Shown here piece after piece: positions 8,835 to 16,382 of a DNA stretch of 16,690 nt. The first letter of the stretch is position 1. Each line of letters starts with the position of its first letter. The stretch is from a bacterium (lineage in GTDB: Bacteria > DUMJ01), in assembly GCA_049970495.1 (NCBI GenBank), contig JBMFMV010000043.1:1-16690 (forward strand), read 5' to 3'. The position numbers and the translations under genes were made by a program. The notes beneath the pieces are model-generated. The model ran no database searches, was not told the origin of the DNA, and was given only the letters and a program-made list of their open reading frames with translations.

Positions 8835-9631
8835 CTTGCTCCCTTCAATATGCTAGGGCATGGACATGTCCTTTCTTCAGGGATAGATTTAATCATCTCT
8901 ATGATAAGAAATTTTAATTTATCTATATTTTCCTGAAAGATTCTCATCACTTCCTCATGAGTAACAGGTTTTATGCTTGGATCATTTTCTAGACCTGTAT
9001 CATAGTCAGTAATTAAAGATATATTCACATAACACATCTCTAACTCTCTTGCCAGTGTAACCTCGGGGTATTGGGTCATATTAATTACTTCCCATCCGAG
9101 ACTCCTAAACCACTTACTCTCTGCCCTAGTACTAAATCTAGGACCTTGAATCACTACGACCGTTCCCTTAGGATGGAATGAAAGCCCAAGCTTTTTGCAA
9201 CACTCAATAGCTATTTCCCTCAATTGTGGACAATAAGGATCGGCAGAGCTTATATGGGTAGTAATAGGACCATCGTAAAATGTGTCCTTCCTACCACTGG
9301 TAAGATTAACATACTGATCACAGACAACAAAGTCACCCGGTTTTATTTCTGGTTTTAGACTACCTGCAGCACAAGGGCCAATTACCCTCTTTACTCCCAA
9401 TAACTTGAAAGCGTAAAGATTAGCCCTATAGTTCACCATATGTGGAGGATATTGGTGCTGCTCCCCATGTCTAGGTATAAAGGCTATCCTTTTACCATAG
9501 ATCTCTCCTATCATCACTTGTGAACTAGGTGCTCCATAGGGAGTCTCTATTTTATAAGGCTTAAGATTATCCAAAAACGAATAGAAACCTGATCCTCCAA
9601 ATACCCCTATATCAGCCTGAGGTAATTCCAT
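8831..9631 (-). CDS. mtnP: S-methyl-5'-thioadenosine phosphorylase
   Basis: Motifs GGSGFY, TPYG, PRHG, NYRAN, GPRFSTRAES, NMT and TDYD. An AGGAGG RBS lies at 9644-9639. Confidence 0.93.
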   Translation of the reverse strand: MELPQADIGVFGGSGFYSFLDNLKPYKIETPYGAPSSQVMIGEIYGKRIAFIPRHGEQHQYPPHMVNYRANLYAFKLLGVKRVIGPCAAGSLKPEIKPGDFVVCDQYVNLTSGRKDTFYDGPITTHISSADPYCPQLREIAIECCKKLGLSFHPKGTVVVIQGPRFSTRAESKWFRSLGWEVINMTQYPEVTLARELEMCYVNISLITDYDTGLENDPSIKPVTHEEVMRIFQENIDKLKFLIIEMIKSIPEERTCPCPSILKGAR

Positions 9632-9649
9632 CGAAATCCCTCCTTGTCT

Positions 9650-10114
9650 TTACTTTACTTCATGTATAACCGCAACTTCATTACAGTTTGGAAAGTATAT
9701 ACACCTTATACAGTCATTCCAGACTTTATGAGGGAGCTCATCCTTTGGAACTTGGATAAAACCTAATTTGACAAAGAACTCAGGTATATAAGTAAGGGCA
9801 AAAACTCTCTTTAAAGAAAGTTCACTCGCCTCTTTAAGACAGATCTCTACTAATCTTCTTCCTAGTCCCCTTCCAGTATGCTCATCCTTTATCGCCAAAG
9901 ACCTTACTTCTCCAATATCTTCCCACACTGGATGTAGTGCGCAACAGCCTACCACTTCTGTATCCCCTAGAGTGACAACCCAATAGTCCCTGATATTCTC
10001 ATAAAGTTCGTTCAAAGATCTAGGTAACATCTTACCCTCTTTCGCATAGACATTTATTAGCTGTTGTATATCAGGAACATCATACATCTTAGCCTTCCTA
10101 AATTTGTACTCCAT
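9650..10114 (-). CDS. GNAT N-acetyltransferase, short ArgA-like family
   Basis: MLPRSLNELYENIRD, EVRSLA, the acetyl-CoA motif GRGLGRRLV, FALTY and LPHKVWNDCIRC..FPNCNE. Confidence 0.82.
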   Translation of the reverse strand: MEYKFRKAKMYDVPDIQQLINVYAKEGKMLPRSLNELYENIRDYWVVTLGDTEVVGCCALHPVWEDIGEVRSLAIKDEHTGRGLGRRLVEICLKEASELSLKRVFALTYIPEFFVKLGFIQVPKDELPHKVWNDCIRCIYFPNCNEVAVIHEVK

Positions 10115-10115
10115 A

Positions 10116-10469
10116 TTACTTTACCTCTCCTGTCTTCTCTGATTTAGAAAAGTGTATTCCCTGTATATAGATATCTATCCTGTCAACAGTCATACCGGTA
10201 GTCCTTTCTACCTCTTCTTTTATATGTTCCTGCAAATTAAGTCCTACCTCAGGAAGGTAGTATCCTTCTTCTGCTATTACATAAACTTCTAATCTGACCT
10301 TATTATTATCTACTATGTTCACCCTAATACCATGGTGCTGAGGTCTTTTCCAAAAAGAGACATTGACAGGGGCTTCTAAACTATAAACCCCCTTAACCTC
10401 TAAGGCCGATTTGCTGGCAATGGATACTATAACATTTGGGGATATCTCAATATTAACGCCTTTATTCAT
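10116..10469 (-). CDS. Asp23/Gls24 family protein (YqhY-like)
   Basis: [10 protein letters not shown]...VKGV, GIRV and [27 protein letters not shown]. It occupies the canonical position after accC. Confidence 0.88.
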   Translation of the reverse strand: MNKGVNIEISPNVIVSIASKSALEVKGVYSLEAPVNVSFWKRPQHHGIRVNIVDNNKVRLEVYVIAEEGYYLPEVGLNLQEHIKEEVERTTGMTVDRIDIYIQGIHFSKSEKTGEVK

Positions 10470-11812
10470 TTAATAAATCCCCTTTCCTCAAGGAAATTAA
10501 TAGATATATTCCCTGCTATATAATCACTATCATTCATTATTTGAAGATATAATGGAATGGTTGTCTTTATCCCCTCTATAAGGAATTCATCTAGGGCATT
10601 TCTCATACGAGATATAGCCTCTTCCCTAGTTAAGCCCCAAGAGATAAGTTTTGCTATGAGAGAGTCATAATAAGGCAAGATCTCTATATTATTGTATATA
10701 GCAGAATCAATCCTTATTCCCGGACCACCAGGAAGGGAAAAGATCTTCAAGGTACCTGTACTGGGTAAAAAGTTATTGAATGGGTCTTCGGCGTTTATAC
10801 GACATTCAATGGCGTGTCCTCTCTGAACAATATCCTCCTGTCTTACCGGGATGTCTTCACCACTAGCTACTAGTATCTGATACTTAATAAGGTCATGCCC
10901 AGTAACCATTTCAGTTACTGGATGCTCAACCTGAATTCTCGTGTTCATCTCCATAAAATAAAAGTTATTATCTTTATCCAACAAGAACTCCAGAGTACCA
11001 ACACTTTCATAGTTTATAGCTCTAGCTCCCTTTATCGCGGCTTCTAGAAGTTTTTCCTTTACCTCTTTAGGTATACCTATTGCCGGACTCTCTTCGATGA
11101 GTTTCTGATGTCTGCGCTGTATAGAACAATCCCTCTCAAAAAAGTGAACAACATTACCCTTACCATCCCCAAGTATCTGAACCTCTATATGTCTAGCACC
11201 CTCTATATATTTTTCTATATAAACCGCTCCATTATTAAATGCAGCCTCAGCTTCACTCCTTGCTACCATCAAAGCACCTTTTAAGCTATCCTCATCTCTA
11301 ACTATCCTCATACCTCTACCTCCCCCTCCTCCAGCAGCCTTTATAATTAAAGGAAAACCAAATTCTCTAGCTATAGAAATAGCTTGCTTTTCGTCTTCTA
11401 TAGGTTCAAATGTCCCTGGTATAACTGGAACCCCAGCTTCATACATTACTTTTCTAGCAGCAATCTTATCGCCCATAAGAGATATAATCTTAGAAGATGG
11501 ACCTATAAACTTTATACCACAACTTTCACATACCTCGGCAAAATCTGCATTTTCTGCTAAAAAACCGTATCCTGGATGTATAGCATCTGCCCCAGATATC
11601 TCAGCAGCAGCTATAATATTTGGTATATTGAGATAACTCTTACTAGCCTGTGGCGGTCCTATGCAAAATGTTTCATCCGCATATTTTACTCCTAAAGAAT
11701 ATCTATCAGCCTCCGAAAAGACTAAAACAGTTTTTATACCAAGAGACCTACAGGCTCTTAGTATTCTTAAAGCTATCTCCCCTCTATTCGCTATTAAGAT
11801 CTTACGAAACAT
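10466..11812 (-). CDS. accC: Acetyl-CoA carboxylase biotin carboxylase subunit
   Basis: Motifs [59 protein letters not shown] and YYDSLIAK. Confidence 0.97.
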   Translation of the reverse strand: MFRKILIANRGEIALRILRACRSLGIKTVLVFSEADRYSLGVKYADETFCIGPPQASKSYLNIPNIIAAAEISGADAIHPGYGFLAENADFAEVCESCGIKFIGPSSKIISLMGDKIAARKVMYEAGVPVIPGTFEPIEDEKQAISIAREFGFPLIIKAAGGGGGRGMRIVRDEDSLKGALMVARSEAEAAFNNGAVYIEKYIEGARHIEVQILGDGKGNVVHFFERDCSIQRRHQKLIEESPAIGIPKEVKEKLLEAAIKGARAINYESVGTLEFLLDKDNNFYFMEMNTRIQVEHPVTEMVTGHDLIKYQILVASGEDIPVRQEDIVQRGHAIECRINAEDPFNNFLPSTGTLKIFSLPGGPGIRIDSAIYNNIEILPYYDSLIAKLISWGLTREEAISRMRNALDEFLIEGIKTTIPLYLQIMNDSDYIAGNISINFLEERGFIK

Positions 11813-12266
11813 CTAGCACTCTGTCCTCTATAGGTTCTATAAGAAAAAGAGGCTGTCCGTATTCTACAGGTTCACCGTTCTCTACTAAAATTTGTTTTAC
11901 TATGCCATTATACTCAGACTTTACCTCATTCATAAGCTTCATCGCTTCGATAATACATAGTGTCTGACCAACTTTTACTTCATCACCGACCTCCACAAAC
12001 GGAGGAGCCCCTGGTTTTGGTGATTTATAAAATGTCCCCACAATAGGTGAAGTTACATAAACACCTTCTTTATAAACTCTATTCTCGGTAGGAGAAGGCT
12101 CTAAGTTTTTCTCGTCCTTTGGGAGTATCTCTTGAATTTTATGTACCCTACTTGATACAGATTTCTTTATTGTAACCTTTATATCTTTATCTATAACTCT
12201 TAGCTCGTCTACATTTGAATGACTTACTATATCTACTAACTTTTTAATCAGCTCTACATCAATCAT
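11802..12266 (-). CDS. accB: Acetyl-CoA carboxylase biotin carboxyl carrier protein
   Basis: SPIVGTFY and the EAMKLM biotinylation motif. The start is moved to ATG 12266, which has GAAGGA upstream and overlaps the previous stop. Confidence 0.96.
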   Translation of the reverse strand: MIDVELIKKLVDIVSHSNVDELRVIDKDIKVTIKKSVSSRVHKIQEILPKDEKNLEPSPTENRVYKEGVYVTSPIVGTFYKSPKPGAPPFVEVGDEVKVGQTLCIIEAMKLMNEVKSEYNGIVKQILVENGEPVEYGQPLFLIEPIEDRVLDVS

Positions 12267-12615
12267 CTGTTCCTTCGATCTCCCAGTCCTCAAGGTCTAT
12301 ACTAAAAATATTATGACAATTAGGACACTCTACATCTACAACTCCGCTCTCAGGGATTTCCTCCATAGATATCGTAAACGTAGTATTACAGCTTGGACAA
12401 TCTATTTCTATCTCTCCATAAACTGCATTTTCAAGATTTGAAAGATCTGTGTCTATTGCATCAACCCTTTCTTTAATATTATTCAAGGTGAGTTTGATAG
12501 AATTAATCTCCTCAACTAATGCTTCCAAAGCCTTAATTACGTCAGAAAGGCTAACGTTATCCCCCAAAGATTTAAGTATATCAAGTTTATCCATTAGACT
12601 ACTCATATCTATCAA
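12259..12615 (-). CDS. Acidic coiled-coil plus zinc-ribbon protein, resembling the clostridial CD1247-type protein found after efp
   Basis: N-terminal heptad region followed by CPSC...CPNC. AGGAGG lies at 12625-12620. The start is TTG 12615 or ATG 12606. Confidence 0.7.
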   Translation of the reverse strand: MIDMSSLMDKLDILKSLGDNVSLSDVIKALEALVEEINSIKLTLNNIKERVDAIDTDLSNLENAVYGEIEIDCPSCNTTFTISMEEIPESGVVDVECPNCHNIFSIDLEDWEIEGTDD

Positions 12616-12623
12616 TATTCCTC

Positions 12624-13187
12624 CTATTTGTTTACTCGTTCTAAATATTCACCGGTTCTAGTGTCTATCTTGATAATATCACCAACATTAACAAACAATG
12701 GAACTTGAATAACTGCCCCTGTCTCTAAGGTTGCAGGCTTACTGCCTCCAGTAACCGTATCTCCTCTAAAACCAGGCTCTGTATTAACAACCTCAAGCTC
12801 TACAGTAATAGGAAGTTCTATCCCTATAGGGACGCCATTATGGAATATAACATACACTAATGTATTTTCTTTCAAAAACTTTACCGCGTCCCCTATAGCT
12901 TCTTTATTAAGACTAACCTGCTCATAAGTGGTTGTATCCATAAAGTGATATATATCATCTTGATTATAGAGATACTGCATCTCTCTTCTCTCTAGAATAG
13001 CTCTTGGAAATTTCTCCCCAGCTCTAAAGTTTCTTTCTATAACAGACTGGGTCTTTATATTTCTCAATTTAGTCCTTACAAAAGCTGAACCCTTTCCCGG
13101 TTTTACATGTAAAAACTCTACAACCTCATAAACTTCTCCTTCTATCTCAATCGTCATTCCAGGACGGAAGTCATTCGTTGAGATCAT
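12624..13187 (-). CDS. efp: Translation elongation factor P
   Basis: Motifs [34 protein letters not shown] and DTRTGEY. An AAGGAGG RBS lies upstream. Confidence 0.98.
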   Translation of the reverse strand: MISTNDFRPGMTIEIEGEVYEVVEFLHVKPGKGSAFVRTKLRNIKTQSVIERNFRAGEKFPRAILERREMQYLYNQDDIYHFMDTTTYEQVSLNKEAIGDAVKFLKENTLVYVIFHNGVPIGIELPITVELEVVNTEPGFRGDTVTGGSKPATLETGAVIQVPLFVNVGDIIKIDTRTGEYLERVNK

Positions 13188-14257
13188 ATGTTCCCTCCTT
13201 TAAACTCAAAATCCTTACTTATCCTTGTTAATATCTCTACCCCCGAATCGTTAACCACAACTAAATCCTCTATCCTTATACCGCCAAAACCTTTTATATA
13301 TATTCCTGGCTCCACTGTTAATACCATTCCTTTCTCAAGCAAAGCATCATTATTATCTGATATACGGGGATACTCATGTATCTCCAAACCAACTCCATGT
13401 CCAGTGGAATGAATAAATTTATCACCGAAGCCTTCTTTGGTTATAACATCCCTAGCAGCCTTATCTACCTCACAAACAGGGATGCCTGGCTTTATAATAG
13501 CCTCCGCTTCTTCCTGAGCTTTCAGAACTATATTATAAAGCTTACTATACTCTCTAGGAGGTTTTCCGAGGAATAAAGTTCTAGTGGCATCAGAGCAATA
13601 CCCCTCATATTTCGCCCCATAATCTATCAATAATATCCCGCCAGGCTTTATCTCGCGAAGACCGGATATCCCGTGAGGCAGACTAGATATTTCACCATAA
13701 AGGATTATCGGCTCAAAACTAACCGTTGCACCCTTTTTTCTTACAAAATAGTCGAATTCGGCAACAAGGTCTTGTTCCTTCACTCCAGGCTTTATAAAGG
13801 CTTTTAGATGCATAAAGGCTAAATCAGCAATTTCTGCAGCCTTCTTAATAAGACTTATCTCTTCCTCATCCTTTATCGCCCTAATAAAGTCTAAAAGATT
13901 CTCTACCGGTAAAAGATCAATTCCATTAATAGAAGCCAACTTTTTATAGGTAGAGTAACTTATATCAGACTCAAAGGCTAATCTTTTTACCTTTTCCTTC
14001 TTGATATTCTTAGTTAATATATCTATCCATTCTTTCTTTACAGGAATTATCTCAATATCACTACAATCCTTATGAGCCTGTTCAAGATACATCTCATTTA
14101 CATACAGCTGTATCTTGTCTTCAGTTACTAGAAGGATAGAATTGTCTCCCCTAAAATCTATAAGATATCTCAAATTTACAGGATTTAAAGTGATAAAACC
14201 ATCAAAATCCCCTCTAATCTTATCTCTAAGTTTTTTTAATCTTTCTAATTTAAGCAT
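13184..14257 (-). CDS. Xaa-Pro aminopeptidase/dipeptidase, M24B family (YqhT/PapA-like)
   Basis: Motifs [37 protein letters not shown] and GIRIED. Conserved position between aroQ and efp. Confidence 0.93.
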   Translation of the reverse strand: MLKLERLKKLRDKIRGDFDGFITLNPVNLRYLIDFRGDNSILLVTEDKIQLYVNEMYLEQAHKDCSDIEIIPVKKEWIDILTKNIKKEKVKRLAFESDISYSTYKKLASINGIDLLPVENLLDFIRAIKDEEEISLIKKAAEIADLAFMHLKAFIKPGVKEQDLVAEFDYFVRKKGATVSFEPIILYGEISSLPHGISGLREIKPGGILLIDYGAKYEGYCSDATRTLFLGKPPREYSKLYNIVLKAQEEAEAIIKPGIPVCEVDKAARDVITKEGFGDKFIHSTGHGVGLEIHEYPRISDNNDALLEKGMVLTVEPGIYIKGFGGIRIEDLVVVNDSGVEILTRISKDFEFKGGNI

Positions 14258-14693
14258 AGTTTCCTCTCAAATAGTTATTCAAACCGTATAAAGCCATTAC
14301 ATACCCATAAAATCCAAACCCAGATACTTGCCCTATAGATACAGGAGCTATTAAAGAATGATGCCTAAAATCTTCTCTTTTGTATATATTAGATATATGG
14401 ACCTCTACCGTCGGAATTCCTTCTCCTGCTATAGCGTCTCTTATAGCAATACTATAGTGGGTATAAGCACCAGGATTTATTATAAGTCCATCATATCTAT
14501 CTCTAGCCTGCTGAATAGCATCTACTATTGCACCTTCACTATTAGATTGAAAGAAATCCAAGTCTATCCCTAATGTTTCTCCTTCTCTCCTAAGTATCTC
14601 TTCTAAATCTAATAATGTCAATTTCCCATAAATTTCAGGTTCTCTAAGCCCTAACCTATTAAGGTTAGGGCCATTTATAACTAGAATCTTCAA
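14250..14693 (-). CDS. aroQ: Type II 3-dehydroquinate dehydratase
   Basis: Motifs INGPNLNRLGLREPEIYG, QSNSEG, INPGAYTHYS and EVHISN..KREDFRH. The likely start is TTG 14693, 1 nt after the rpsI stop. The longer ORF-track start (14741) lies inside rpsI. Confidence 0.96.
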   Translation of the reverse strand: MKILVINGPNLNRLGLREPEIYGKLTLLDLEEILRREGETLGIDLDFFQSNSEGAIVDAIQQARDRYDGLIINPGAYTHYSIAIRDAIAGEGIPTVEVHISNIYKREDFRHHSLIAPVSIGQVSGFGFYGYVMALYGLNNYLRGNYA

Positions 14694-14694
14694 C

Positions 14695-15087
14695 CTATCT
14701 CTTGGAGAATTGAGGAGCCTTTCTTGCTCTCTTAAGGCCATACTTCTTTCTCTCTTTCATCCTTGGGTCACGAGTAAGAAGCCCATATTCTTTAAGGATC
14801 GAACGGAATTCAGGATTGTACTCCACCAGTGCTCTAGCTATGCCAAGTCTTACCGCTTCAGCTTGCCCATTAACTCCACCACCAGTTACATTTGCATAGC
14901 AGTCAAACTTCCCCTCTGTCCCAGTGACCTTAAATGGGGAAAGAATCTGTATCTGCCATCTTTCTAGAGGGAAATAAGTCTCAAGATCTCTATCATTTAT
15001 AGATATCTTGCCGCTTCCCTCTATTATCCTCACTCGTGCTACAGCTTCTTTTCTTCTTCCTGTTCCCCAATAATAATTATTCATCAA
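14695..15087 (-). CDS. rpsI: 30S ribosomal protein S9
   Basis: [31 protein letters not shown] and [39 protein letters not shown] lies at 15104-15095. The start is TTG 15087 or ATG 15084. Confidence 0.98.
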   Translation of the reverse strand: MMNNYYWGTGRRKEAVARVRIIEGSGKISINDRDLETYFPLERWQIQILSPFKVTGTEGKFDCYANVTGGGVNGQAEAVRLGIARALVEYNPEFRSILKEYGLLTRDPRMKERKKYGLKRARKAPQFSKR

Positions 15088-15095
15088 CTTTTACA

Positions 15096-16382
15096 TCACC
15101 TTCCTACTCTTCTAATAATATAGACTATTAAACCAACAATAAGCGGACCAAAACTAGCTATAAATATGTTCCTTGCATCTGTAGCAGTTATTGGTCTTAT
15201 ATACCTATCGCTATTTTCTATTATACCACCATTATTGTCAACAGCTACAAGTTTATAGTCCCCAGTTGGAGGAACACTAAATTTAAAGGCAGTAAAATCT
15301 GCAGTAGCGTATGGATATTCTTTTCTATCAAGGAGTCTTATGTTATAGCCTAAAGCAGACCCCGGAATCTGTTCTACATAGTATGGCCTCTCTCTGATCT
15401 GAGAGATTAAATTATTCTTACTAAAGATATTAAGCCTTATCTTAGATGCCTTCTCCATATGAACCCATACCCATCTGTCAGACCTTCCTGCAGATTGTGG
15501 TTTAGAAAGTTTGTTATACTCCAACTCGTTAAATTCCCATTCCTTGTATGGCTGAAAATAAAGAGTCCCTTCTCTATACTGGTATATGATATCGCTAGAG
15601 TCATCTGCAGTTTCTGGATATGTCCACTTGCTTTCAGGTATTATATTGTAACCTATCCCTTCTCTTCTATGAGAAAAAGCTATAAGAGTCTTAACTGTAT
15701 TAGGGATAATTTTACCGTTCTTATCCTTAGCCCTTATAGTATACCTTCCCTCCGGAAGGCTAAAGACATAAGCCTTAGAAACATCAGTAACGTAAAATGT
15801 AGGGGCTTTTGGCTGTTTTGGTTCTACAGGAATCTTTCCAGCAGGCTTACCCTCCTGGATTTTTTTGTAAAATTCTTGTAGTTTCTTATTGTATTCATCG
15901 TAAGCTTTATAATATTGATCGACTTCCTTCCAATATTTATCCATAGCTCTGTCATATTCCTTCTTTTTGGCCCTAGCGTTTTCACCAGTAAATAGTTGTG
16001 TCCCTCCTCCCCAATAACCTTTTGGATAATAAAATACATAGTCTACCTTTTTATACTCTCCAACAACCCGGTTGCCTTTTAAAACCTCTAGGGTTTCTCC
16101 AACATCCTTATTAAGGCCATCCCAGTCTGCCATATATTCTCTTGTAATTGGCCAGTAGTATACTAACGTCTCTTTTACAGAATAGACATTCTCAAAATCT
16201 GCCATAACATATATAGTGTCTAGAGAGGCTGGATAGAAGGGAGCAGCGTAGTCTTTACCATCCCATACATTAAGACTATAGACAATCTCTCTCTTTTTAG
16301 GGGGGGCAGCACTAAATACCTCCACTGACGAAAGGAAAAAGGATATTAACAAAAAGCAAAATATCAGATATCTCTTTTTCAT
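15096..16382 (-). CDS. Uncharacterised exported protein with a signal peptide, two related domains and a C-terminal membrane anchor
   Basis: The start is probably ATG 16382 (ATGA overlap with the upstream stop). N-terminal MKKRYLIFCFLLISFFLSSVEVFSA is a signal-peptide-like segment. C-terminal IFIASFGPLIVGLIVYII-RRVGR is a TM helix with a basic tail. Confidence 0.8.
   Translation of the reverse strand: MKKRYLIFCFLLISFFLSSVEVFSAAPPKKREIVYSLNVWDGKDYAAPFYPASLDTIYVMADFENVYSVKETLVYYWPITREYMADWDGLNKDVGETLEVLKGNRVVGEYKKVDYVFYYPKGYWGGGTQLFTGENARAKKKEYDRAMDKYWKEVDQYYKAYDEYNKKLQEFYKKIQEGKPAGKIPVEPKQPKAPTFYVTDVSKAYVFSLPEGRYTIRAKDKNGKIIPNTVKTLIAFSHRREGIGYNIIPESKWTYPETADDSSDIIYQYREGTLYFQPYKEWEFNELEYNKLSKPQSAGRSDRWVWVHMEKASKIRLNIFSKNNLISQIRERPYYVEQIPGSALGYNIRLLDRKEYPYATADFTAFKFSVPPTGDYKLVAVDNNGGIIENSDRYIRPITATDARNIFIASFGPLIVGLIVYIIRRVGR
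15213..15773 (-). repeat. Protein-level internal repeat in the exported protein (copies at 15773-15699 and 15290-15213)
   Basis: AYVFSLPE-GRYTIRAKDKNGKIIPN aligns with AFKFSVPPTGDYKLVAVDNNGGIIEN. Confidence 0.7.
15220..15228 (-). promoter_or_regulatory. Possible internal extended -10 promoter (TGGTATAAT) upstream of rpsI
   Basis: A perfect TG-n-TATAAT lies about 130 nt upstream of the rpsI start, inside the upstream CDS. The nearby TTGACA (15241-15236) is only 10 bp away, so it is not a canonical -35. Confidence 0.35.

Noticed and set aside
2972..10387. Intragenic TTGACA hexamers on the + strand (2972, 9768, 10363)
   Set aside because: None has a -10 hexamer at 16-18 bp spacing.
2773..13187. 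Possible link between the rhamnosidase and EF-P rhamnosylation
   Set aside because: EarP rhamnosylates Arg-type EF-P. This EF-P has the Lys-type PGKG loop, no earP is present, and the genes are in separate transcription units.
14694..14741. Apparent 47-bp rpsI/aroQ overlap from the ORF track
   Set aside because: AroQ homology begins at LKILVINGPN (TTG 14693), so the extension is an ORF-calling artefact. The same applies to the extended starts given for GH78, accB and the exported protein.
11650..16039. Short alternative-frame or antisense ORFs in the right half, including 15459-15881 (+) and 15824-16039 (-)
   Set aside because: They overlap better-supported genes. There is no evidence of a frameshift or independent function.
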